DNA of 64,000 nt from Trichoplax sp. H2 (Eukaryota), in NCBI GenBank assembly GCA_003344405.1, contig NOWV01000014.1:434001-498000 (forward strand). Direction: 5' to 3'. The notes beneath the pieces were generated by a model. It searched no databases, was not told the origin of the DNA, and saw only the letters and a program-made list of their open reading frames with translations. Below are positions 1 through 12,210 of the stretch, piece by piece (positions within the stretch are counted from its first letter, which is position 1; every line of letters starts with the position of its first letter). Made by a program: the position numbers and the translations under genes.

Positions 1-2
1 GG

Positions 3-203
3 GAACATCGAGAATTTGGAATTGACATTTCTATCCTACTACTATGCATGTATCTTGCACAAATTTTGGTCGCTTTTGTGACTGGAGCTATCATTTATGC
101 TACCAATTCGCCCATTACACCGATGATTATGTCTAGTATTTCAGCTTTATGTTGTGCTATTGCTGCTGCCTTTTTAGATCGTGTACCTATTAATAAGTTC
201 TAA
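3..203 (+). CDS. Last exon of an SLC45-family transporter (copy A, 5' part outside window)
   Basis: Frame 3 reads EHREFGIDISILLLCMYLAQILVAFVTGAIIYATNSPITPMIMSSISALCCAIAAAFLDRVPINKF*. This aligns with the last exon of the downstream paralogs (NFRELGLDISLLFVSANLACIITG...). Confidence 0.85.
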   Translation, partial: EHREFGIDISILLLCMYLAQILVAFVTGAIIYATNSPITPMIMSSISALCCAIAAAFLDRVPINKF

Positions 204-1048
204 ACTGGTTTTATTGACAGCTGCTTACTATGAAGATGATACGCTATTTGTAGTTCTAGTTGTAATTAATTACTAGTTCAGGCTAAACTTCAGAAATTTT
301 AATTCATAAAAAATTGTGAATTATATTATAGTAGGCAAAATAGTGTTAAAATTATTTACAAATAGGAAGTGTTTTTAACTTTGCAGATATTAGTTTTACT
401 ACTTATGAAATCACGGATAGAAAATGTGGATTGTAAAAATAGATTATAGTATCGGTTGATTAACATAGTACGATGAATTTGCTGTAAGAAATTGACAATT
501 TCTGATACGTAAACTTCTTAGCTCTGTTGACAGTGTTACGAAATAGATGAAAATAATCTTTCCTACTTGAGTTGCTATACGCGAATTTGTATTTATGCAA
601 AGATATTTACCGATCACTCGCTCTATATACATTCTACATGGATATCGTATACTCATAACAAATTCACGATCCTTTTGCACTGATTTAGTAACAGAATTTT
701 TTGAAATAGCACTAAATATATGTCAATGATTGTAAAAGTATGGCTATAAGACGACGGTCGATAATAGCTAAACTAGGAAATAGATGGATCAAAAATAAAA
801 ATTTACATATTTCTTGCTAAGGCTAAAAATATCATGATTTATGAGTTAGGTAAACGTTGTTTACTTCATCTATACGGTTAAACGTAATTATACATTTAGC
901 TCATCTTATAATATTAAAAATTCAAATATATTACATTCAGTAACCTTGCAAATTCAAATAAATTAATTTATGGTACTGTGTTAACATAAAGTCACGGCTT
1001 AACTCTAGTTTTTAACCTTCGTTCGATACTTTAAAATTTAAATAGGCG

Positions 1049-1320
1049 TGTGAGGTTGATAGATCAAGAATCTTCAAAACTTTAGAAAATTAAGATTTAT
1101 TGAACAAAACCTCCTTTACGAAGATACAACGTAATCGATTAGCTGAGGACCTCTAACGAGAAAGAACTAACTTACTATACTAAACTACTCGCTTATATAC
1201 CTTTCCGCGTTCACAGTCTTAGCACCTTACTTACTACACACTTCGGTATTAGCATCTCAAATACAGGCTAGTTTACACCTTTCATGTGAAGCTCTAGTGT
1301 GAGCACTGTAGCGCTCCTCT
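1049..1320. mobile_element. Insertion beginning TGTGAG and running into the gap, possibly an LTR end
   Basis: Copy 1 reads AATAGGCG|TGTGAGG..., copy 2 reads AATAGGCG|ATAAAG. The right end is hidden by Ns. Confidence 0.45.
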
Positions 1321-1495
1321 NNNNNNNNNNNNNNNNNNNNACATGGATATCGTATACTCATAACAAATTCACGATCCTTTTGCACTGATTTAGTAACAGA
1401 ATTTTTTGAAATAGCACTAAATATATGTCAATGATTGTAAAAGTATGGCTATAAGACGACGGTCGATAATAGCTAAACTAGGAAATAGATGGATC

Positions 1496-1789
1496 TGTTG
1501 TATATATATAGATAGTAATAGATTAAATACGATATCTTAACCATAAAGGCATAAATAAAGGAAACACTATATATATGTACGTATACGATGATTGTATGGT
1601 AGTACTTGTAATACAGTAGGTGATAACATTGTAAAAGGCGGACTGATAAGTTACTAATTGTAGTGCGAAGTATAAACTGTAATCGTATCGAGGTGTAACC
1701 TCGTGTAGCTATAAATACCGATCAACTAATAATAAAATGCAGTTATCAATCTTACTCACGGAGTGAACTTATTATTGAAGAACATAACA
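1496..1789 (+). mobile_element. 294-bp solo LTR-like element
   Basis: TGTTG...TAACA termini and a perfect 5-bp target-site duplication GGATC (1491-1495, 1790-1794). The empty site is visible at ~786-790. Internal TATAAAT (~1710) and AATAAA (~1731). Confidence 0.85.
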
Positions 1790-2350
1790 GGATCAAAAAT
1801 AAAAATTTACATATTTCTTGCTAAGGCTAAAAATATCATGATTTATGAGTTAGGTAAACGTTGTTTACTTCATCTATACGGTTAAACGTAATTATACATT
1901 TAGCTCATCTTATAATATTAAAAATTCAAATATATTACATTCAGTAACCTTGCAGATTCAAATAAATTAATTTATGGTACTGTATTAATATAAAGTCACG
2001 GCTTAACTCTAGTTTTTAACCTTCGTTCGAAACTTTAAAATTTTAAATAGGCGATAAAGAAATCTAAGGTAAAGATATTGTTTCATAATGACATTTTTGG
2101 GGGTATTCCGTTAAATCGATTAACAATCGATTGTTATCTGGCTTCAAGTAATTATTTTCTGTAAAGTAACAGCTGTTTGCCCAATTGTGGTCCATATGAT
2201 AAACAATTTACTCATCATGCTAACGATAGTTTTCTATGTCTTTATAAATACGATCTTCTATAAGCCAATTTCATTTATATTTATCTACGGCCATAGCTAA
2301 CAAGATCGCTTGACCGATACTTCAATTATTTGCTTATAACTTCAAATTTA

Positions 2351-4625
2351 ATGGATCAATCTAGAGACGAGAAAAACGATGATACAGCATATGAAATAGA
2401 TAGTAACTGCAATCAAGATAGAATCGAAGATGGAAGAGAAGCATTGGAATCAACCTCAAAACATGATAAGAGACTCCTAATCAAACTAGCTACATTAGCA
2501 CTTGCATCTTTTTTTCCAGAAGCTTTCTATACATTTTTTGATGTCTTTGCCGTACCATCCCAATTAAGCCTAGGAATACCTATTGGACTAACACTAATTC
2601 CCGTGATTCTTGCAACCTTAATCGGATTTTTTTTAATTCCAATCGTTGGCAATTTATCTGATCGTTGCACTTCTCGGATTGGAAGACGACGACCATTTAT
2701 CATAATTTTCCTTATATCAGTTTTAATATCTGCTGGGATGATATCTTTTAGTCGGATAATCGGTCTTGAGCTATGGCCTCATCATTTATTAATAGGGCGT
2801 ATTATACTTATCGTTGGATTAATTATAGAGCTATCATGTTGCTCTATATTATTAGCGCCTGCTAGAGCTCTTGTTATGGATGCTGCTCCGATTGATTTGC
2901 AAGTTACTGCTAACAGTTTAATAACTTGCTCAGCAGGCATTGGAGCTGCTACTACTACTGCTATTAGTGGGTTAGCTTCCAATCTAATATCGATGTAATA
3001 GTAGAACTTTGATACGATGATGATGTCTACTTTATATCGAAGATTATCTTATCCTGATAAAATAATAGCATTAAGTTAAAGTTACATTGATAGACTATAT
3101 TAGTTAACGAATTACTAAGCTAGCAGTATACTCATGTTTTTTTAAATATAGGATTAATTGGAAGGAAACGCCACTAGTAAAAATATTTGGTGGACAAATT
3201 GAAGTAGCTTTCATTTTGATAGCTTCAATAGGTATCGTAGTGATACTGATTGCGACGACAAGCTATGCAGAAGTTCCATATACCATCATTGGCTCTACTG
3301 ATGTATTAATCCATAAATCATCAAGTAGAAAAAGTAGCGACGATTTGAACATGTTTGCTAAGGACTGTAAGACATATAGTTCTATCCAATCGACTGTTAT
3401 ACAAAAAGATCAGATGGAAATAACAGATAACTTAACTGATGATAAACTACAAGCAATTACTGCAAAAGAGATAAGTAATTGGAATCATCTGTATCAGACT
3501 TATTATTTTACTAAAACTATGCCAAAGGAGTTACTCATTTTGTGGATAGCAAGCTTCTTTAGTTGGCTATCATATAATTCATTCGCCTATTTCTTAACTG
3601 ATTTTGTTGGTCAATCAATCTATCATGGTAATCCTCTAGCAGCCGAAAATTCGACAGCTTTACATCGTTATGATCGCGGTGTCTCTGCTGGAAGCTGGGG
3701 TTTCCTGGGCTGCACTGTTGTATCCGTCGTATATTCCTTGACGCTTGGGCGAATAACAAAATATATCGGTAATTTAAAGTTTTATTTTTTGTGTCTAAAT
3801 AAATTGTGAATCCTTTATTCCATTTTAGATATAATTAATAAATTTTGGAAAGCTCTACCCATTCAAACAAATATTTAATTTAATAGTTACCAATACAAAA
3901 TGTAACACTATTTACACGTAATATATATGCTATATAAGTAGCTAAAAATAGTCGTCGAGATTGTATTTGAAATCGATAAAATTGATAAAGAATCAAGGAA
4001 CAGTATAGTATTCTAAAATATAGGATAATTATGTTATATACATATGTTCTCTAAATTTTTATGAAGGATTTATTATTATCTCTACACGATATCTCTGATA
4101 GCTTTCAAATATAATAAGTTAGTTATTTTTGCAGGTGCAGATCGTCTGTTATTGATAGGATATTCAATTGCTAGTATTGCAACATTAATCATGGTACTAA
4201 CCAATCAAGTTATCGTAGTCCTCTGTATGGCTGCTCTTCAAGGATTTGGTTTCGCTAGTACTTTTACCTTGCCTTATGCTATTCTAGCTTCTTATCATAA
4301 TTATTTTACGGTATTTCAAGGCCATTTATATATTATTTTTGAATTTAATCTTGATAAAATATTAAACTCTACCTAATTTTGATTATTACTTTTATTTTAT
4401 TTCTAGAAAACTAAAGATAAACGATGGAATTTTAGAGAACTTGGATTAGATATCTCTTTACTCTTTGTTAGTGCGAACTTGGCCTGTATAATTACAGGTT
4501 GTTGCCTTAGTGTGATAATTGCCTTAGTCGAGTCATCTAAGGTAGCTATGATTTTCTCTAGTGTTTCTAGCGGACTATGCGCAGTTACTTGTATTTTCAT
4601 AATCAGAGTGTCTAATGATACATAA
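2351..4625 (+). CDS. SLC45-family (GPH/MFS sugar:H+ symporter-like) transporter, copy B, 4 exons
   Basis: Exons 2351-2970, 3152-3768, 4135-4310 and 4407-4625, all GT-AG and in frame. Motifs GNLSDRCTSRIGRRRPFI, FLTDFVGQSIYHGNP, YDRGVSAGSWG, TLPYAIL and RELGLDIS. Confidence 0.9.
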
Positions 4626-7125
4626 TAAAGTATTGCTACTGCAAAAATGCTCTATCTATGGGAATAAACATTATCACTAACATATGAAAGATTTATACTT
4701 TAGTTCTTAATTATTTCTCGTGAATTAGAGAATTTATTTCTATAAACTGCATAATTGGCCGCTACCCGTGACTATTTAGAAGGTAGCTAACTGAAAAATT
4801 CTCAGGCTTTTATATGTGCAGTCCTAAGTTTTCAAATCTGTACCTATCAAATTCGTAACTAGTAATTACTCACAACCATTTAGGGGATAAAATTATAATT
4901 AAAAAATTCTAGGACTTTAATATACACATGTTTCGGGTTCTCAAATTTACTGCTATTCATTGTATAAATAGCAACTACTTATGATCATTTAAAATTTCGA
5001 TAATTCAGAAATTCTAGGTATTTAATGTGTGTATGTTCCAAGTTCTAAAACAGCCGTTATTAGTTCCATACCTGGCACACTTATAAGATTCTTTAAAATT
5101 TTCTTATAATCATAATTTGATTTGATACTCACATCCTAATAATATTTTAGTTCTAAAATGCATTACTCAGTACGGTATTATTATCTCAATGATAAAATCA
5201 AGAACTCGTGAAAGTAATATTTGATAGAAAAGTCAATAACATCAAATGATAGTTGATTGTCATAAGAGATAAGCTCAGTATATCTATTTATTTAGTTTAC
5301 TGGTCAAGAACTATTACTTCAATACTAACAGTTAACAGCGATACTGTATCCAGAGCTTAACACGTGACAAAAATGAAATATATCTGATAATTTTAAAATA
5401 AGTAATCTTTGATCTTTTTCAAACTATCATTAAACTAGATAACTTATTGATTACTACTTATATTGACAGGACAAGCTTTGATCAGCGATTATCTAAGACT
5501 GTAAAATAAGATCTTAGTTAAAATAATTTTTAATGAGTACATTGAATAATTAAATCTTATGGCGTGGATACAACTTAACGAATTCTATCAATTTAAGATA
5601 TTTTCTTTTCTTTATTATTTGACATATAAATTAGCGACATAAAATGTGATATTAGTACAACTTGTTAAATTAGAATATCGATCTCTAGACTATTAAGCAA
5701 ACATTAGGTATTTCGTCTTATTCATTACGATAAATATTCAATACGGTAAATATTCGTTATCATTTTTAATTTCTCTAAACAATGATTATATTAGTAACTC
5801 TTCACAAATTATCAGAGATTTCTAATTATTACACAACTTGATGTATAGAATTGGTTGAAAGTTGTGCATATAACAAGGTAGAAATTTTAGCTAAATTTTC
5901 ATCGATTACTCTTGAAATAGTAGGCGAAGCGGATAGTATATAAGCTATATAATACGTATGCGAATTATACATCATAGAAGCTGATGGCTATATAGCTTCT
6001 TTATAATTATAGCAGCTGATAGCGGTATCTCGTTCTATACTATCAACGGTTACTCTTAATCGAAAAATGGAATTACATTTAACACACCTCTTAAAAAACT
6101 ACAATAAGACCTTAATATATTTTCTCAACAATATTGTATTGATCGTTGCATGCTTACTAAATAGCATAGGATGATAAGATAGTAAGATGCATAATAGTCG
6201 AATTTTAGAGTTGAATAAATCTTGTTCATTTCGTAGTAGTCTCTACGTGTATCTGTTTATATGGTTAAAGGTATTTTATCAAATTAGTTCACTTACGCTT
6301 TCGGTATATTGCAAGCCAGCGATTATAACGCTCTACGGCTGGATACAAAATAAAAAGATATTGTCCGAGTTTACTGAAAGGTAGATCTACATAATTGCTG
6401 ATCGTGAAATCTGATGATATAACATGAAGGTCTTTATAACCGCAAAGTATTTTCCTAGTTTTTTATTAATACTATCATCGAGATGAATCTAAAAAATTTT
6501 TAGATTGATCAAGCTAGTGCTTTGTAAATGGAGTTAAAAATACCATAATATTACTATACAGTTCCTTCTAAAGTAAACATTTTCAATGTAAAGATAGCTT
6601 TTCTTTTGTAATTAGCCACTTTACTTCAAGTTTATAATTTTTAACTTTTTATTAAATTTTATCAATTTAAATGTAACATCTACTTTAGATTTATAAGTTT
6701 GATTAAGATCTTAGCTTAAATTCAACTAATAGCTATATAATCGCTAAGATTAAATCGAAAATGTCTAGCATACGAGCTGTAAGCTTAGCCGTCGTTCGAT
6801 TTAATGAAATTTTTAACCAACAATAATGAAATAGATAGTAAAAGTCAATAATTTCTAGCAAAATGATCTGGATATTCTGCTAAATCCATTAAGAGTTAAT
6901 TCACTTGATTGTTACTCAGCTTTGACTATTTATATTCTATAAATCGACATATGTTTACCTAATTATAGCCTATATGGTAAAATATCTGCACGTGTTAACG
7001 GTGATTCCTCTATATTTTTATATAATTACTATCCTCTCCAAGTCAATTTCGTCTATATTTGTGACGGTAGCTGGTAAGATCATTCTATCAATATTTCAAT
7101 TATTTAATTTTAGTATCATTTCTAA

Positions 7126-9588
7126 ATGGATCAATCTAGAGACGAGAACGACACTCAGAGAATACAAGAAGCGGACAGCAGCAATAATCATGATGGAAGT
7201 GAGGATGAAACACAAGAGCTTAAATCAAACTCAAAATACGATAAGAGACTAGTAATCAAACTAGCGATATTATCACTTGCAACATTTCCTCCTGTAGGCT
7301 TTGTATAAATTTTATAGCGTCTTTGCTGTACCGTTGCAATTAAAACTAGGAATATCTATCGGACTGACACTAATTCCTATGATTATTGCAACTGTTATCG
7401 GATTATTTTTAACTCCAATTATCGGTAATTTATCTGATCAATGTACTTCTCGGATTGGAAGACGACGGCCATTTATCATAGTTTTATTTATTATAAATTT
7501 AATATCTGCAGCGATGATATCCTATAGTCGAATAATCGGTGATAAGCTATGGCCGCATCATTTACTAATAGGACGTATTTTACTCATCATTGGATTGATT
7601 ATAGACATGGCATGTTGTTTTATACTATTCGTACCGACTAGAGCTTTCGTAATAGAAGCTGCTCCGAATGATATGCAAGTTATTGCTAACAGTTTAATAA
7701 CTTGCTCGGCAGGTATTGGAACTATTGCCGTTACTGCGATTAGTGGGTTAGTTTCCAATCTAATGTCGATAGAATAGTAAACTTTGATAAGATGAGGATA
7801 TCTATCTTGACATCGAATATTATCTTATTTCAATTTTAAAATATTAAGTTAAAACGATATTGACAGATTATATTAGTTAATTCATTACTAAGCTACTAGT
7901 ATACTTATGTTTATTGATATAGGATTGATTGGAGAGAAACGCCATTAGCTAAAGTTTTTGGAGGACAAGTCGAAGTAGTTTTCATTTTAATAGCTACAAT
8001 AAGTATCGTAGTGATGTTAATTGCTACAATAAGCTATACCGAACTTCCATACGCTATTATTGATTCTACTGAAGCATTAACCCATAAATCATCAAGTAGA
8101 AAAAATAGCGACGATTTAAAAATTTCTACTATGGACAGTAAGACTTCTGATTCTATCCAGTCATCTGTTAAACAGAACGATCAGATGGCAACAATAAACG
8201 TTTCAACTGAAGATAAACCACAAGCACTCACAGCAGAAGAAATAAGTAGTTGGAATCATCTCTATCAGACTTATTATTTTGCTAAAACTATGCCCAAGGA
8301 ATTAATCATCTTGTGGATGATAAGTTTCTTTAGCAGTTCATCATATATTGGATTCACCAGTTTCTTAACTGATTTTATAGGCCAATCAATCTATCATGGT
8401 AATCCTCTAGCAGCGGAAAACTCGACAGCTTTGCATCGCTATAACCGTGGTGTCTCTGTTGGAAGCTGGGGCTTATTGGGCTGCACTATTATATCCATTG
8501 TATATTCCTTGGCGCTCGAGCGAATAACAAAATATATCGGTAATTTAAAATCTTAATTTTGTGTGTAAATTAATTGTGGATACTTTATTTCGTTATAGCC
8601 GCTGTAGTGTGAATAGAATTTATTTACGGTTAATTAATTTCATCGTGGCAGCCAGGAATCGTGTAACTAACTGCAAAATAAAATACGAGTACATGATAAA
8701 TTTTAATATTAGTAGGTATATAATCATGCTATCTAAAGACTGTTAATTACAATTAATATATGAGCATCATAAGCACTATACTAACTAACATTTTAACGAG
8801 TATCTAATAAATAAATTTGGAATATTTCTTCACCATGAAACAAATATTTAATTTAATTATTTCTGAAGGCAAATAGAATACTATCTACATGTATTATGTA
8901 TGAAAATCATTAAGACAGTCGTTAAGGAGGTCCTTAGAATTGACGATATTCATTAGAAGTCAAGAAACAGCACTTTATTTAAACTTAGAGGCTAAACTAA
9001 ATACATAGATATCTCGAAATTTTTATGAAGGATCTTATTATAATAGTAAAATATTTCAGATAACTTTCTAGTTTAAAGTGTAGGTTTATTCTTGCAGTTG
9101 TAGATCGTATTTTAGCGATTGGATTTTTAATTAGTGGTATCGGAGCATTAGTCATAGGACTAACCAATCAAGTTATCGTAGTCCTCTGTATGGTTATTCT
9201 TCAAGGAATTGGATTTTCTGGTGGTAATGCCTTAATATTTTCCATTCTAGCTTCTTATCATCATTATTTCGCGGTATACAAATATGTTAATGGATTATTT
9301 TGAAATTCGATCTTTATAGAATATTACTACTTTACATTATGATGATCGCTACTCTTATTCTATTTCTAGAAAATTAAAGATAATCGATGGAATTTTAGAG
9401 AACTTGGTTTAGATGTCTCATTATTCTTTGTTGGTATAAATTTGGCCTGCATCATTACAGGTTGCAGTCTCGGCGTGATAGTTTCCTTAGTTCATTCATC
9501 TAGAGCAGCTATGATTTTTTCCGGCGTTTTAAACGAAATTTGTGCAGTTATGTCTTTATTCATATTCAGAGTGCCTAATGATGTGTGA
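7126..9588 (+). pseudogene. SLC45-family copy C with a +1 frameshift in exon 1 (pseudogene, null allele or sequencing error)
   Basis: Exons 7126-7746, 7923-8539, 9098-9273 and 9370-9588 are collinear with copy B. One extra base near 7290-7303 gives a stop at 7308, and homology resumes in another frame (YKFYSVFAVP). Confidence 0.75.
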
Positions 9589-9674
9589 TAAATTTTATGT
9601 ATTGCTACATTCAAAATGATCTGTCTAAGAGAAACAATCATAAATTATTAACGTATAGAGGATTAATGTATAAG

Positions 9675-10864
9675 TGTTACAGTGTTATATACTGTATTAG
9701 AGTAGAAATATCTATGTTAGGATAATTCATGTCAGCCTATCCTTATTCAGTTAACTTCTAATTTGGATATACTGTGTTTTAATACAGCTCTGACTTTTTA
9801 TGACAGTGACACTTATACACATACTGAAATTAATAGTTATAATAGGGAATGTAAATCATCTACTTACAGTTCCAATCATTGTGATTGTAATTTACTTATG
9901 GTAGATTGTAAATTATCATGGAAATGTTTCGTGATAGGACATATCGTAATCTGACTATTCTGTATTAGTCATNNNNNNNNNNNNNNNNNNNNTTACATTA
10001 TGATGATCGCTACTCTTATTCTATTTCTAGAAAATTAAAGATAATCGATGGAATTTTAGAGAACTTGGTTTAGATGTCTCATTATTCTTTGTTGGTATAA
10101 ATTTGGCCTGCATCATTACAGGTTGCAGTCTCGGCGTGATAGTTTCCTTAGTTCATTCATCTAGAGCAGCTATGATTTTTTCCGGCGTTTTAAACGAAAT
10201 TTGTGCAGTTATGTCTTTATTCATATTCAGAGTGCCTAATGATGTGTGATAAATTTTATGTATAGCTACGTTCAAAATGATCCGTCTAAGAGAAACAATC
10301 ATAAATTATTAACGTATAGAGGATTAATGTATAAGGTCTTGATTATTTTCGTGAAATAAAAATTCGTTACCATTAATTGAATAAATAGCAATTATTCATA
10401 GTAACTTAGAAGTTAGCTGCTTAAAAAAGTTTGACGACTTTTATATGCATATACTAGTTCAACAATCTATCACTTAATCGCTGACGATATGTGTATGTTG
10501 TAACGGTGTAAGTTATTATNNNNNNNNNNNNNNNNNNNNTATGTTCGTAAATACTGTTGTCTGCATTAAGGGAGCAGTAGCTAAAATTAATATCTAATTC
10601 AGTAAATGATTCCAATGTTAATTGTATTAACTATGACTCATGAACTATTGAGGAATAGTATATAAATGTAGTATATCGTGAAATAAAATGGATTCTCAAA
10701 CTTAGTGTTTAACGTAAAATACGAGGCGTTTAAGTCTTTGCGTAGTCTGCTAGTAGAGCAAAAGTGTTTGTGATAGTGAAGATATCGTTCCTTGATACGT
10801 GGTTCAAGGATTTGACTTATTGATCGTACATTACGTTATCTTGTTGCAAAGCTGTTTTGTGACA
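9675..10864 (+). mobile_element. LTR-like insertion split by gaps (left part 9675-9972, right part 10540-10864)
   Basis: Left junction ATAAG|TGTTACA, right junction TGTGACA|AAAGTCTT. The empty allele ATAAGGTCTT is at 10331-10340. TATAAA and AATAAA occur at ~10661 and ~10682. The TSD is imperfect. Confidence 0.6.
9993..10519 (+). repeat. Gap-bounded alternative-haplotype contig duplicating the last exon of copy C
   Basis: Matches 9332-9674 and then ~10868-11051, and is flanked by Ns on both sides. Confidence 0.85.
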
Positions 10865-12210
10865 AAAGTCTTCATTATTTTCGTGAAATAAAAAATTCGT
10901 CACCATTAATGAATAAATAGCAATTATTCATAGTAACTTAGAAGTTAGCTGCTTAAAAAAGTTTGACGACTTTTATATGCATATACTAGTTCAACAATCT
11001 ATCACTTAATCGCTGACGATATGTGTATGTTGTAACGGTGTAAGTTATTATACATGAATTTCTGTCGCGGTTCTGGCATGTACCTATTATATACAGTATT
11101 GTCCATTTACGAAACGGTCTTATGTCGCATGCAATCGATATAAATTATGTCCAGAGATTATAACGCGATATCCATATAGTCATCTTTATGTGCAACTCCA
11201 TACACCCCAACTTCTCAAATTTTCTACTAGTAATCCCGTAACTAGCAACTACTCATGATTATTTTATAGTACAACTTGGATATTTTAAAAATTCTATGAA
11301 TTTTATGTATATATACGATCTAAGTCTATCGATAAATAAGTACTCATGATCATTTATCAGATGAATAAGTAAAGATCATAGACTTGTAGCGGTGCTAAAA
11401 GCTCTTTAACTTCTCTTATATTTGGTAATTTAATTCGATACTCATATCCCAATAACATGTTGCTATAGATTGCAGTATCGCGTAAAGTATTAATTATGTC
11501 GAAGATAAAATCAAGAAGTCATGAAAATAATATTTGATACAGAAATTAGTAATGTCTAATAATAATTAATACCTAATAATAGTTAAATAGACATAAGATT
11601 TACCATCAGTAAATCTATTTATTTTTTTAACGTCAACAATCGCTTCAGTTGTAATAATTAATAACGAAACTGTATCTCATGAGAAACAAATGATGAAAAT
11701 GAAATATTTAATTATTTTAAAATAGGCAATCTTTCATCTTGTTCAAATTATCATTAAAATAGAAGACATGTTGACTACTTTATATCAACAGGACAAGCTT
11801 GATCAGTGATCATAGGCTATAAAATAAGATCTCAATTAAAATATTTCTGGGCTAAGCTTACAAGAGGATAAATCGTTACAGGAAGAACTGGATCTTTGCG
11901 GTAATCATAAATATTCATATCCTTATTTTATAATAACTGAAGGGATAGCAGAGCAAATACGTATTATTTACTTATAACTATATAATATGAAATAGATGAT
12001 ACTTAATCTCATATATACTGTAATGCAAACTTTAATCTGTTATCTAAATCATCTAAGTTAGAAGATTTAATATCTATAGAGATTTAAGTTAACTTAAAGT
12101 CATCCAATACTTTCAAAGTAACGAAGAAAAATTAAAGTCCGATTCATTAATGCAATTTATTCAAGTTTTCTCTAATGTATTGGGTCATTATAGTAACATA
12201 TTAATATTCC

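Larger units (their letters stand above)
636..2053. repeat. Near-identical duplication across the N gap (636-1048 vs 1341-2053), probably uncollapsed haplotypes
   Basis: The same sequence occurs either side of gap 1321-1340. The copies differ by a few substitutions/indels and by insertions starting at 1049 and 1496. Confidence 0.85.

Noticed and set aside
10031..10249. Apparent extra SLC45 last exon
   Set aside because: Essentially identical to 9370-9588 and bounded by N gaps, so best explained as an alternative haplotype.
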